A stretch of DNA of 64,000 nt from the human T2T-CHM13v2.0 reference genome, Homo sapiens, in the NCBI RefSeq assembly GCF_009914755.1, contig NC_060944.1; one strand, written 5' to 3'. Made by a program: the position numbers and the translations under genes. A model generated the notes under the pieces. That model had not been told where the DNA came from and made no database searches. It saw nothing but the letters and a program-made list of their open reading frames with translations. This document shows positions 42,540-58,534 of this stretch, piece by piece (position 1 is the first letter of the stretch; each line of letters begins with the position of its first letter).

Positions 42540-42750
42540 CACACTCTCACAGCTCCCTGTGACAATCCCTTCATTGCGCACATCACAATTATAATTCCGT
42601 GATGCATATGCTTGCATGGCCTTTTAATGTCCTGCTACCCGCGTGACCTGTAAGCCCCATGAAAGAAGGGACTATGTTCACTCCTGTAACCCCTTGCAAC
42701 TAGTGCAATGCCTGGCACACAGTAGATGCTCAGAAAATAACTGGAATAAG
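42540..42750 (+). mobile_element. L2 3' end
   Basis: CTGTAAGCCCCATGAAAG...AATGCCTGGCACACAGTAGATGCTCAG. Confidence 0.65.
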
Positions 42751-42880
42751 TAAAATAATAAAGGGACATCCTCCTAAAGGAGACCTTAAGACATTTATAA
42801 AATGTTTTACAATTTACAAAGCACCCCCCACAGTTTTCCAGTTTCATTCTCCCCACCACCCCGTGAAATAGGTACTATTA

Positions 42881-43663
<783 letters not shown>

Positions 43664-43845
43664 CAGAGATTCACAGAGATTCATAAACGGAGAGGTGAAT
43701 TAACCAGCCCACCTCGCCCAGCTTGTGACTGAAGTGAGATTTAAAGCCAACATTTTGGGGCTACAGAATCTGAGCTCTTTCTCCCCTTTTCCAGAGCCAG
43801 AAGGGAAGGACACAGGGGCCCAGTCTCCATACAGTAAATACACAT

Positions 43846-44159
43846 TTTATTTTATTTTATTTTATTTCATTTTTTGAGACAGGGTCGCACTCTGACCCCC
43901 AGGCTAGAGTGCAGTGGTACAATCACAGCTCACTGCGGCCTCAACCTCTGTGGCTCAAGTAATCCTCTCACCTCAGCCTCCTGAGTAGCTGAGACTACAG
44001 GAACACACCACCACACCTGGCTAATTTTTTTTTATTTTTTTGTAGAGACAGGGTCTCACTTTGTTGCCAACACTGGTCTTGAATTCCTGGGCTCAAGCAC
44101 TCCTCCTGCCTTAGCCTCTCAAAGTGCTGGGATCACAGGTGTGAGCCACTGTGCCAGCC
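43846..44159 (-). mobile_element. AluJ
   Basis: (TTTTA)n head, GAGACAGGGTC, TCCTGGGCTCAAGC. Confidence 0.93.
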
Positions 44160-44679
44160 CACACTTTTATTTATGATTAAAGAGAAAGAAAAAAAAAAAG
44201 ATGCGCTTGTCTGGAGGGTGAGGCCGTGTGGGAAAACTTTTTATTTGCTTGCCTTTATTATCATTACTTTAACGGTGTATTTAATAAATACAACGTTTTC
44301 AGCTAGAGGGAAAAAGGAATTAACCCAAGTCATTGGTTGAGTATGAAGGCATGGAGCCCCCACGGCCCTCCTCGCTGCAATTAAGCAAATGGCCAGCAGA
44401 TGGCGGGGCATGCTCACAGCAGGGCCTTGCTCTCCGGACCATCTCTTTTACGGGCCGCCGAGCAAAGGTCTTTCTTTTCTCTTCTTCAAAACCCACTCTA
44501 CAAGGAAATCTTCAGAAACATTCCAGCAGGCAAGACAAGGGCATAAAGGCCAGGGGGTCCCCCAGCCTCAGGACAGCAAGTGTGGGGACGTGCCCTACTG
44601 CATGCCCCATCCCCTGAGCCAGGAACAAAGACCAGAGGTCAAGCCGGCAGCAGTTGAGGAAGAGGGTCAGGCGTGGCTG

Positions 44680-45123
44680 TGTGTCCCGAATTGGTGGGTT
44701 CTTGGTCTCACTGACTTCAAGAATGAAGCCGCGGACCCTTGCGGTGAGTGTTACAGTTCTTAAAGGCGGCGTGTCCGGAGTTTGTTCCTTCTGATGTTCG
44801 GATGTGTTTGGAGTTTCTTCCTTCTGGTGGGTTCGTGGTCTCGCTGGCTCAGGAAAGAAGCTGCAGACCTTCGCGGTGAGTGTTACAGCTCTTAAGGCGG
44901 CACGTCTGGAGTTGTTCGTTCCTCTCGGTGGGTTCGTGGTCTCACTGGCTTCAGGAGTGAAGCTGCAGACCTTTGCGGTGAGTGTTACAGCTCATAAAAG
45001 CAGTGTGGACCCAAAGAGTGAGCAGCAGCAAGATTTATTGCAAAGAGTGAAAAAACAAAGCTTCCACAGTGTGGAAGGGGACCTGAGTGGGTTGCCACTG
45101 CTGGCTCAGGCAGCCTGCTTTTA
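44680..45123 (-). mobile_element. LTR12 (HERV9/ERV9) fragment: R-U5 only, U3 absent
   Basis: TGTGTCCCGAATTGGTGGGTTCTTGGTCTCACTGACTTCAAGAATGAAGCCGCGGACC is the reverse complement of the LTR12 3' end; three GCGGTGAGTGTTACAG U5 repeats; stops at GCCTGCTTTTA. Confidence 0.92.
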
Positions 45124-45346
45124 GCTGCAGGGCAGCGGAAGGCAGGATCAGCTGGGTTACAGGACACTTAGGATGACCGGACACTTTACACGCTTTTACA
45201 CACATTTATCATTACATCTCCTCTTCCTTGTGGCCCAGTATGGCACCTGGCATCAAAAATACTGAACTGGCTGGGAAGATGGTTGGTAGCAATGCCAGCG
45301 CAGTTTTTGAACCCCTCCAAATTTCTACATAAAAATAAGCAGGTCA

Positions 45347-45772
<426 letters not shown>

Positions 45773-46147
45773 TCATCAGGTCCCCCTACGTTCCCCCAGG
45801 GAGGCTTCCTTGGTTTAGATTCTGGCCCTTGGTGCCCCATCCAGCAGCCAACAGAGGGAAACAAGGAGCCCTCTGATGGACTTAAGAACAGGAGAATCCC
45901 AAAAGAGCCAGCAGGTATTCACGAGGAAGCAAGGAGGGACAACTGGAGACAGCAGCAGAAGCTGGGAGGGTCTCGCCCAGTCCGGGAGCAGGTGAGAGTC
46001 AGCAAGGACTAAGGGACTGCAGCGGTAGAGCCTTGAGAACCCTCAACACTGACCCACTTGGCTTCCCTTCCAGGACAGGATCACATAGCACTGAGCATGG
46101 AATCAAAATGGAGCAGGATCTGGACAATCAAAAGGAAGGAAGGAGAA

Positions 46148-47673
<1,526 letters not shown>

Positions 47674-47720
47674 CTACAAGACCACTTTTTTTATTTTTAA
47701 TTTTTGTGGGTACATAGTGG

Positions 47721-47725
47721 TTTGG

Positions 47726-47756
<31 letters not shown>

Positions 47757-48055
47757 TGTTTTTGTTTTTGTTTTGAGACAGAGTTTCACTCTGTTGCCCA
47801 GGCGGTTGTGCAGTGGCGCAATCTCAGCTCGCTGCAACCTCTGCCTCCTGGGCTTAAGGGATCCTCCTGCCAAAGCTCCCAAGCTGGGACCACAGGTGCA
47901 CACCACCATGCCCAGCTTATTTTTTAAGGTTTTTTTGTGTAGAGACAAGGTCTCACTATATTGCAGGCTGGTCTCGAACTCCTGGGCTCACGTAATGCTC
48001 CTGCCTTGGCCTCTCAAAGTGCTGGGATTACAGGCGTGAGCCACTGCACCGGGCC
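47721..48055 (-). mobile_element. AluJ with (TTTTG)n tail, nested in L1
   Basis: GAACTCCTGGGCTCA J-type; simple-repeat tail 47721-47774. Confidence 0.9.
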
Positions 48056-48347
48056 ATAAGTGTATATATTAATATTTGTGGCTTACAGAGATATTTTGAT
48101 AGAGGCACACAATGTGTAATCGTCAGATCAGGGTAAATGGAGTATCCATCACCTCAAGCGTTTATCCTTTGTGTTACAAACAATCCAATTACTCTTTTAG
48201 TTATTTTTAAATGTACAACTATTTTTTATGATAGTCACCCTGTTGTGCTAGCAAATAGTAGGTCTTATTCATTCTTCCTAATTTTTTGTACCCATTAACC
48301 ATCCTTCTACTCTGTGTCTCCATGAATTCAATCATCTTAATGTTTAG

Positions 48348-48705
<358 letters not shown>

Positions 48706-49398
48706 CGAAGTTTGTCTTTCTGTGCCTAGCTTATTTCACTTAACATAATGACTTCCAGTTCCAACCATGTTGTTGCAAATGACAGGATACCATTCTTTTT
48801 ATGACTGAATAGTATTCCATTGTGTATATGCACCACATTTTCTTTATCCACTCATCTGTTGATGGATTGCTTCCAAATCTTGACTATTGTGAATAGTGCT
48901 GCAGTAAACATGAGAGTGCAAATATCTCTTTGATATACTGATTTCCTTTGTTTTGGGTATATACCCAGCAGTGGGATTGCTGGATTGTACGGTAGCTCTA
49001 TTTTTAGTTTTTTGAGGAACCTCCAACTTGTTCTCCATAGTGGTTGTACTAATTAACATTCCCACCAGCAGTGTACAAGAGTTCCCTTTTCTCCACATCC
49101 TCACCAGCATTTGTTATTCCCTGTCTTTGGGATAAAAGCCATTTTAACTGGGGTGACATGATAACTCATTGTAGTTTTGATTGGCATTTCTCTAATGATC
49201 AATGACTTTGAGCACCTTTTCATATACCTGTGTGCTATTTATATGTCTTCATTTGGGAAATGTCTATTCAGATATTTTGCCCATTTTTAATAGAATTATT
49301 AGGTTTTTTCCTATAGAGTTATTTGAGCTCCTTATATATTCTGTTATTAGTCCCTTGTCAGATGGGTAGTTTGCCAATATTTTCTCCCATTCTATGGG

Positions 49399-49565
49399 AG
49401 GTTTTTTGAGGGTTTTTTTTATCATGAAGGCTGTTGAATTTTATCAAATGGTTTTTCAGCATCAATTGAAATGATCTTATGATTTTTGTCCTTCATTCTG
49501 TGATTCTATGATTCTATGGGTTGTCTATGATTCTATGGGATTCTATGATTCTGTGATTCTGTGGG
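49399..49565 (+). repeat. Templated insertion: copy of 50806-50908 plus ATTCT(A/G)TG stutter
   Basis: 49399-49503 matches 50806-50908 except T-run length, one G indel and one substitution. Confidence 0.9.
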
Positions 49566-51229
49566 TTTCTCTTCACTTGTTGATTGTTTCCTTTGCTGTG
49601 TAGAAGTTTTTTTTAACTTGGTGTGATCCCATTTGTCCATTTTTGCTTTAGTTGCCTGTGCTTGTGGGTTATTATTACTCAAGAAATCCTTTACCTCTCC
49701 AATGTCCTGGAGGGTTTCCTCAGTGTTTTCTTTTTGTGGTTTCATAGTTTGAGGTCTTACATTTAAGTCTTTAATCAATTTGGATTTGATTTTTCTATGT
49801 GGTGAAAGATAGGAGTCTAGTATCATTCTCCTGCATGTGGATATCCACTTTTCCCAGCACCATTTATTGAAGAGAATGTCCTTTCCCCAATGTATGTTAT
49901 TGGTACCTTTGCCAAAAATGAGTTCACCCTAGATATATGGATTCATTCGGGAGTTCTCTATTCTGCTCTACTAGTGCATGTGTCTGTTTTTATGCCAGTA
50001 CTATGCTGTTTTGGTTCCTATAGCTATGTAATATAATTTGAAGGCAGGTAATGTGATTCTTCCAGTTTTGTTCTTTTCGCTCAGGATCGCTTTGGCTATT
50101 CTGGGTCTTTTGTGGTTCCATATAAATTTTAGGATTGTTTATTCTATTTCTGTGAAGAATGTCATTGGTGTTTTGATAGGGATTGCATTGAATCTGTAGA
50201 TTCCTTTGGGTAGTAAGGACATTTTAACAATATTGATTCTTCTAATCCATGAATATGAAATATCTTTCCATTTCCTTGTGTCCTCTTCAGTTTCTTTCAC
50301 CACTGTTTTATCATTTTAATTGTAGAGATCTTTCACCTCTTTGGTTAAGTTAATTCCCAGGTATTTTATTTTATTCGTGGCAATTGTAAATGGGATTAAT
50401 TTCTTGAATTCTTTTTCAGGTTGTTCGCTGTTGGCAAATAGAAATGGTACTGACTTTGGTATGTTGTTTTTGTATCCTGCAGCCTTATTGAATTTGTTTA
50501 TCAGTTCTAATAATTTTTTGGTGGAGTCATTGGATTTTTTCAAATATAAAGATTATATAATCTGAAAACAAAGATAATCTGAATTCTTTCTTTCCAATTT
50601 CGATGCCCTTTATTTCTTTCTCCTGTCTGATTGTTCTAGATAGGATTTCCAGTACTATGTTGAATAACAGTGATGAAAGTGGCCATCCTTGTAGTGCTTC
50701 AGATCCTAGAGGAAAAGCTTTCAGTTTTTCCCCATTCAGTATGGTACTAGCTATGGGTCTGTTGTATATGGGTTTTATTATGTTGAGGTATGTCCTTCTA
50801 TACCCAGGTTTTTTGAGGGTTTTTATCATGAAGGGCTGTTGAATTTTATCAAATGCTTTTTCAGCATCAATTGAAATGATCTTATGATTTTTGTCCTTCA
50901 TTCTGTGACATGATGTACCACATTGATTTATTTGCATATGTTCAACCATCTTTGCATCACTGGGATAAATCCTACTTAGTCATAAGGAATGATCTTTTTA
51001 ATGTGTTGTTCAATTTTGGTTGCTAGTATTTTGTTGAGGATTTTTGCATTAAAATTCATCAGGGATATTGGCCTGTAGTTTTTGTTTTTTGTTGTTGTTG
51101 TTTGTTTGTTTGTTTTGATGTGTCTTTGTCTGGTTTTGCTATCAGGGTAATTCTGGCCACATAGAATAAGTTTGGAAGTATTCCTCCCTCCTCTATTTTT
51201 TGGAAGAGTTTGAGTAGGATTGGTATTAG

Positions 51230-51663
<434 letters not shown>

Positions 51664-54600
51664 AGGTTTTGGATCCTCATGATTCAATCTTGGTAGGTTG
51701 TATGTATCTAGAAATTTATCCATTTCTTCTAGATTTTCTAACTTATTAGCATATATTTGCTCATACTAGCCATTAATTATCCTTTGAATTTCTGCAGTAT
51801 CAGTTGTAGTATTTCCTTTCTCATCTCTGATTTTATTTCTTTGTCTTCTCTCTTTTATTCTTCAATTGTCTGTCTAAAGGTTTGTCAATTTTGTTTATCT
51901 TTCAAAAAAACTTTGTTTTGTTGATCTTTTGTATTGTTTTTTGTTTGTTTCAATTTCATTTATTTCTGTTCTGATTGTTAATATTTCCTTTCTTCTACTA
52001 ATTTTGGGTTTGGTTTGCTTTTGCTTTTCCAGTTCTTTAAGATGTATCATTAAATTGTTTATTTGAAATTTTTCTTCTTTTTTGATGTAGGTGCTTGTAA
52101 CTATAAATTTCCCTCTTGGTACTGCTTTCACTGTATCCCATAGATTTTGGTATGTTATGTTTCCATTATCATTTGTTTCAAGAAATTTTCTGATTTCCTC
52201 TTTAATTTCATCATTGACCCACTGGTTATTCACGAGAATATTGTTAATTTCCATGTGTTTGTATAGTTTCCAAAATTCCTCTTGTTATTGATTTCTAGTT
52301 TTATTCCATTGTGGTCAAAAAGATACTTGATATATTTTTCAAATTTTTTTAATGTTTTAAGATTTGTTTTGTGATCTAACATATGGTATATCATTGAGAA
52401 TGATCCATGTGCTGAGGAAAAGAATGCATATTCTGCAGCTACTGGATGAAATGTTCTGTAAATATCTATTAAGTCCATTTGGTCTACTGTACAGATTAAG
52501 TTCAATGTTTCTTTGTTGATTTTTCTGTCTGGAAGATCTGTCCAGTGCTAAAAGTGGGATGTGGAAGTCTCCAGCTGTTATTGTATTGGAGTCTATCTCT
52601 CTCTTTAGGTCTAATAGTATTTGGTTTATATATCTGAGTGCTCCAATGTTGGGTGCATGTATATTTACAATTGTTATATCCTCTTACTGCATTAACTCAT
52701 TTATCATTATATAGTGACCTTATTTGTCTCTTCTTATAGTTTTTGTCCTGAAGTCTATTTTGTGTGATATAAGTATAGTGACTCCTGCTCTTTTTTTGGT
52801 TTAAGAGGCATGGAATATTATTTTCCATCCCTTTATTTTCAGTCTGTGTGTGAAGTATGTTTCTTGTAGGCAACAGATCATTGGGTCTTATTTTTTTAAT
52901 TCATTCAGCCACTCTGTGTCTTTTGATTAGAGAATTTAGTCCATTTATATTTAATGTTATTGATAAGTAATGGCTTACTCCTGCTATTTTGTCATTTTTG
53001 TTCTGTGGTCTTCTCTTCCTTCTTTCCTTTTTTTTCTGTCTTCATTTTAGTGAAGGTGATTTTCTCTGGTGATATGATTTAATTTCTTGCTTTTTATTTT
53101 TTGTGTATGCATTGTATGCTTTTGATTTGAGGTTACCATGAGGCTTGCAAATACTATCTTATCACCCATCATTTTAAGCTGATAGCAATTTCATAGTGCT
53201 TGCATAAACTAATAAGCAAAAAGAAAACTAATAAAGACTCTACACTTTAATTTCATCCCCCTGCTTTTAACTTTTTGTTTCGATTTATGTCTTACTGTAC
53301 TGCCTATGTCTTGAAAAGCTTTTGTAGTCATCATTTTTACTGGTTCATCTCTTAGTCTTTCTACTTAAGAGCAGTATAACACACTACAGTTACAGTGTTA
53401 TAACATTCTGTTTTTCTGTGTACTTACTATTACCAGTGAGTCTTGTACCTTCAGATGATTTCTTATTGCTCATTACTGTCCTTTACTTTCTGACTGAAGT
53501 ATTGCCTTTAGCATTTCTTGTAGAACAGGCCTGGTGTTGATGAAATTCCTCAGCTTTTGTTTGTCTGGGAAAATATTTCTCTTTCATGTTTGAAGGATAT
53601 TTTCATCTGATATAGTATTCTAGGGTAAAAGGCTTATTTTTCTTCAGCACTTTAAATATGTCATGGCATGCTCTCCAGTCCTGTAAGGTTTCTACTGAAA
53701 AGTCTGTGGCCAGACATATTGGAACTCCATTGTATGTTATTTGTTTCCTTTCTCTTGCTGCTTTTAGGGTCCTTTATTTATCCTTGACCTTTGGGAGTAT
53801 GATTATTAAGTGGCTTGAGGTAGTCTTTGGGTTAAATCTGCTTGGTATTCTATAACCTTATCATACTTAGATATTGGTATCTTTTTCTAGGTTTGGGAAG
53901 TTATCTGTTATTATCCTTTTGAATAAACTTTCTACACCTATCTCTTATCTACCTCCTCTTTAAGCTCCGTAACTCTTAGAGTTGCCCTTTTGAGGCTATT
54001 TTCTAGATCTTGTAGATATGCCTTATTCTTTTTTATTCTTTTTTCTTTTGTCTCCTCTGACTGTGCATTTTCAAATAGCCTGTCTTCAAGCTCACTAATT
54101 CTTTCTCTGCTTGATCGATTCAGGTATTAAGAGACTCTGGTACATTCTTCAGCATGTCAATTGTATTTTTCAACTCTAGACTTTCTGCCTGATTCTTTTT
54201 AATTATTTCAATCTGTTTGTTAAATTTGTCTGATAGAATTATGAATTCCTTCTCTGGTTTTTCTTACATTTCTTTGAGTTTCCTCAAAATAGCTATTTTG
54301 AATTATCTATCTGAAAGATCACATATCTCTGTCTCTCCAGGATTGGTCCCCACGGGCTTATTTAGTTTGTTTGGTGATGCCATGTTTTCCCGGATGGTCT
54401 TGATGCTTGTGGATGTTTGTCAGTGACTGTGCATTTAACAGTTAGGTATCTGTTGTACTCTTCACAGTCTGGGTTTGTTTGTACTTGCCTTTCTTGTGGA
54501 CAGGTACAAACAAGCCCAGACTGTGAAGGACAAGTATTGTGGAAGGACAAGGCTTTCCACGTATTCAAAGGGACTTGGGTGTTGTGATCTAAGTGTTTGG

Positions 54601-56551
54601 TCACTGCAAATGCATCTGCATTAAGGGACACCCCAAGCCCAGTAATGCTGTGGTTCTTGCAGAGTTGCAGAGGTACCACTTTGGTAGCCTTGGATAAGAT
54701 CCAGAAGAATTCTCTGGATTACTAGAGATTCTTGTTCTCTTCCCTTACTTTCTTCCAAACAAATGGAGACTTTCTCTCTCTCTCTCTCTCTCTGTGCTGT
54801 GCTGCCTAGAGCTGGGGGAGAAGTGACACAAGCACACCTGTGGTCACCATCACTGGGACTGCGCTGGGTCAGACCTGAAGCCAGTGCAGCATTAGGTCTT
54901 GCCCAAGGCCTGCTGTAACTGCCACCTGGCTACTGCCTATGTTTGCTCAAGGCCCTAGGGTTCTACAATCAGGAGGTGGCAAAGCCAGCCAGGCTTATGT
55001 CCGTCCCTTCAAGGCACCCAGTTCCCCCAGGCCCCAAGCAGGTGCAGAGATACTGTCTGGGAGCCAGAGACTGGAGTCAAAAAGCTTAGAAATCTACCTG
55101 CTGTTCTATTCTACTGCAGCTGAGCTGGCACTCAAACCACGAGACATAATCCTTCCCACACTTCCCTCCCACTTCCATAAGCAGAGGGGCCTCAACCTGT
55201 GGCCATCACCACGACAGGCCCATAGGACTACTGCCAGTCTACCACCAACGTTCACTGAAGACCCAAGGGCTCTTCAGTCGGCTTGTAGTGAATGTTGCCA
55301 GGCCTGGGACTCATCCTTCAGGGCAGTGGGTTTCCTTCCCACCCAGAGCAGGTCCAGAAATGGCATCTAAAAGGCAAGGCCTGAAACCAGGGACCCCAAG
55401 AACCCTCTTTATGGTCTAGTCTACTGTGGCTGAGCTAGTATCTAAGGTATAAGACAAAGTCCCCTTTACTTTTTCCTCTGCTTTACTCAAGCAAGTGTTC
55501 TCACTATGGTTCTCACCATAGCCACCACAGCTGGAAATGTGCTGGGTCTCACCTGAAGCCAACATGTCTCAGAGTCTCAACCAAGGCCTATGGTAGATAC
55601 CAGGGTATCGCTGCTGGTTCTTCAAGGTCCCAGGACTCTTTAATCAGCAGGTAATGAATCCTGCCAGGACTGAGTCCTTCCCTTCAAAGCAGTAGGCTCC
55701 CTCCTAGCCTAGGGTGTGTCTAGAAATATCATCCAGGAGCTAGGCCCTGGAATGGGGACCTTATGACCCTAACTGGTACCCTATCCTACTGTGGCTGAGC
55801 TGGCATCCAAGATGCAAGACAAAGTCCTCTTTACTCTTCCCTCTCCTCTCCTCAAGTGGAAGGAGCTTGCACAGCTGCAAGCTGTGCTACCTGGAGTTGG
55901 GGGGAGGGTGGTGCAAGTACTCCCTTAGCTGCCTCAGCTAGTGTCTCAGTAGGTCATGTGCCCCCACCATGTCCACTGACTCTGAGCCCAGCTCAGCACT
56001 AGGACTTGCCTAGGAACTGCAGTCCTTGTGACCTTGACTGCCATTCAAGTTTATTTACAACCCAGAGCATTTTACCCCCATGGTGGTAAGGCTTGCTGAA
56101 ACTCAAGTTCCATCCACTGGGTTGGGCAATTCCCTTGGGCAATTACCCTCTGGCTAGGGCTGGTCTAAATACTCTCTCCATCATCAGCTGTCAGCTGAGT
56201 TCAGTTCGGTTTTGCTTTCACTGTGACAAAGCAGCATCAAATTCAATGCAATGTCTCACAATAGCTGCGCTCTCCCTCTTCCAAGCACAGAGATTCTCTC
56301 TCTACGCCACAAAGCCACTGCCATGGGATGGGGACAGGTGGCATCAGCAACTCAAGACTGTCTTCCCTACCCTCTTCATTGCCTCTTTCAACAGTATGAA
56401 GTTAAAATCAGGTACTGTGAGTGCTCATCCAATTGTTGGTTCTTATGATGAAGGTGCTTTTTTGTGTGTAGATAGTTGTTAAATTTTATGTTCCTGTGGG
56501 GGATGGGGAGATGGAGCCTTCTATTCAGCCATCTTGCTCCACCTCCTACAA

Positions 56552-57072
56552 CGGCAGTCCCCAACCCCCTGGCCATGGACTGGTACTGGTCTGTGGCCTG
56601 TTAGGAACCACGCTGCACAGCAGGAGGTGAGCAGCAGACAAGCAAGTGAAGCTTCATCTGTATTTACAGCCACTACCCATTTCTCATTACCGCCTGAGCT
56701 GCACCTCCCATCATATCAGTGGCAGCATTAGATTCTTATGGGAGTGCGAACCTTATTGTGAACCGTGCATGCAAGGGATATAGTTGCGGGCTCCTTGTGA
56801 GAATCTAATGCCTGATGATCTATCACTGTCTCCCATCATCCCCAGATGGGACCATCTAGTTGCGGGAAAACAAGCTAGGGCTCCCACTGATTCTACATTA
56901 TGAAGAATTGTATAATTATTTCATTATCTATTACAATGTAATAATAATAGAAATAAAGTGTATAATAAGTGCAATGTGCTTGAATCATCCCAAAACCATC
57001 CCTTACCCCAATCTGTGGAAAACTGTCTTCCACAAAACCGGTCCTTGATGCCAAAAAGCTTGGGGACCACTG
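56552..57072 (+). mobile_element. MER1A (hAT-Charlie)
   Basis: ~521 bp, termini CGGCAGTCCCCAA / TTGGGGACCACTG, 8-bp TSD TCCTACAA / CCCTACAA. Confidence 0.9.
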
Positions 57073-57506
57073 CCCTACAAGACCACTTTTAAAATAGGAA
57101 TAATGGGAAGACCATATTCAAAAAAAAAAAAACTTTTTAAACTGTTTCCAGTAATTATTTTGTTGATGCTATTACTGCTGTCATTTTGAGACCATTGCGT
57201 GTGTAATGTGGGATAAGGAAAATAAGCAATTACAGACTGTTTTAATTCTATCATCTCCTGTATTATTGAGGATCTGATTCTCAATATGGAAGAAAGGAGA
57301 GATGTAATATAGAAAAGATTAAGTGAAAAACCTAAGTGTGAATTGGAATTATTAGTATGAACACAGGGTGCTATCCTCCTGGTTTCTGGCTGAAAGGTGT
57401 GTGTGTGATAAAATATATTTCCTAATGACCAAATCAGTAGCCATCTGCATCCCTAGCATCCAGACAGTGGTCATGAAACCCTATTTTCCATTTAAAAATA
57501 AAACGG

Positions 57507-57809
57507 GGCCCGGCACAGTGGCTCACGCCTGTAATCCCAACACTTTAGGAGGCCAAGGTGGGTGGATTGCTTGAGCCCAGGAGTTCAAGACCAGCCTGGG
57601 CAACATGGAGAAACCCCTTCTCTACAGAAAATACAAAAATTAGCTGGGCATATTGGTGCATGCCTGTAGTCCCAGCTACTCAGGAGGCTGAGGTGGGAAG
57701 ATCAACTGAGCCCAGGAGGTCAAGGCTGCAGTGAGCCGTAATGGCACCACTGCACTCCAGCTTGGGTGACAGAGTGAGACCTCATCTCAAAAAATATATA
57801 AAAATAAAA
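57507..57809 (+). mobile_element. AluJ
   Basis: GGATTGCTTGAGCCCAGG, GAGGTCAAGGCTGCAGTG. Confidence 0.93.
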
Positions 57810-58223
57810 GGACTTGTAGTCAGTTAATATTTATTCAGTATTTCAATCTTGTAAATATAAATATTTACAAGTAGGTTTCACTGTCCTCTCCTGATGGATG
57901 ACAAAGGGAAAACACAGAGAAGAAAGCAGTTTTCTCAGGGCCACACAGCTGCTAAACTGCCCAGCTGGGCTTGAAACCCAAGTGAGGTTCATCTGTTCAT
58001 TCAACAAATAGTTGCTGACACCTGCTGAGTTTACTGCTAGGGAAACAGCTAAGTTAAAACAGCCTGACTTCCCATCCACCTGCCCTTCCTGTGAGAAAGG
58101 GGAAGATGGACATGCAAGGGACACTTGCTGGTCTTGGTACCCACTTGGGCACAGCCCCAGCACCTGTCCCCTGTGCAAAGCCGATGTGCTGCTCTCAGAA
58201 GTGGTAGCTAAGCCCACGCCCTT

Positions 58224-58534
58224 TCACCCCCAGCTCTGAAGATGACAATGCATTCAAATTCACCAGATCACCCCCAGCTCTGAAGATGACAATGCATTCA
58301 AATTCACCAGATCACCCCCAGCTCTGAAGATGACAATGCATTCAAATTCACCAGATCACCCCCAGCTCTGAAGATGACAATGCATTCAAATTCACCAGAT
58401 CACCCCCAGCTCTGAAGATGACAATGCATTCAAATTCACCAGATCACCCCCAGCTCTGAAGATGACAATGCATTCAAATTCACCAGATCACCCCCAGCTC
58501 TGAAGATGACAATGCATTCAAATTCACCAGATCA
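58224..58534 (+). repeat. 44-bp minisatellite, 7 perfect copies plus 3 bp
   Basis: Unit TCACCCCCAGCTCTGAAGATGACAATGCATTCAAATTCACCAGA repeated without mismatch. Confidence 0.98.

Noticed and set aside
58224-58534. CRISPR-like appearance of the 44-bp array
   Set aside because: Units are contiguous and identical with no spacers, in primate DNA with no cas genes.
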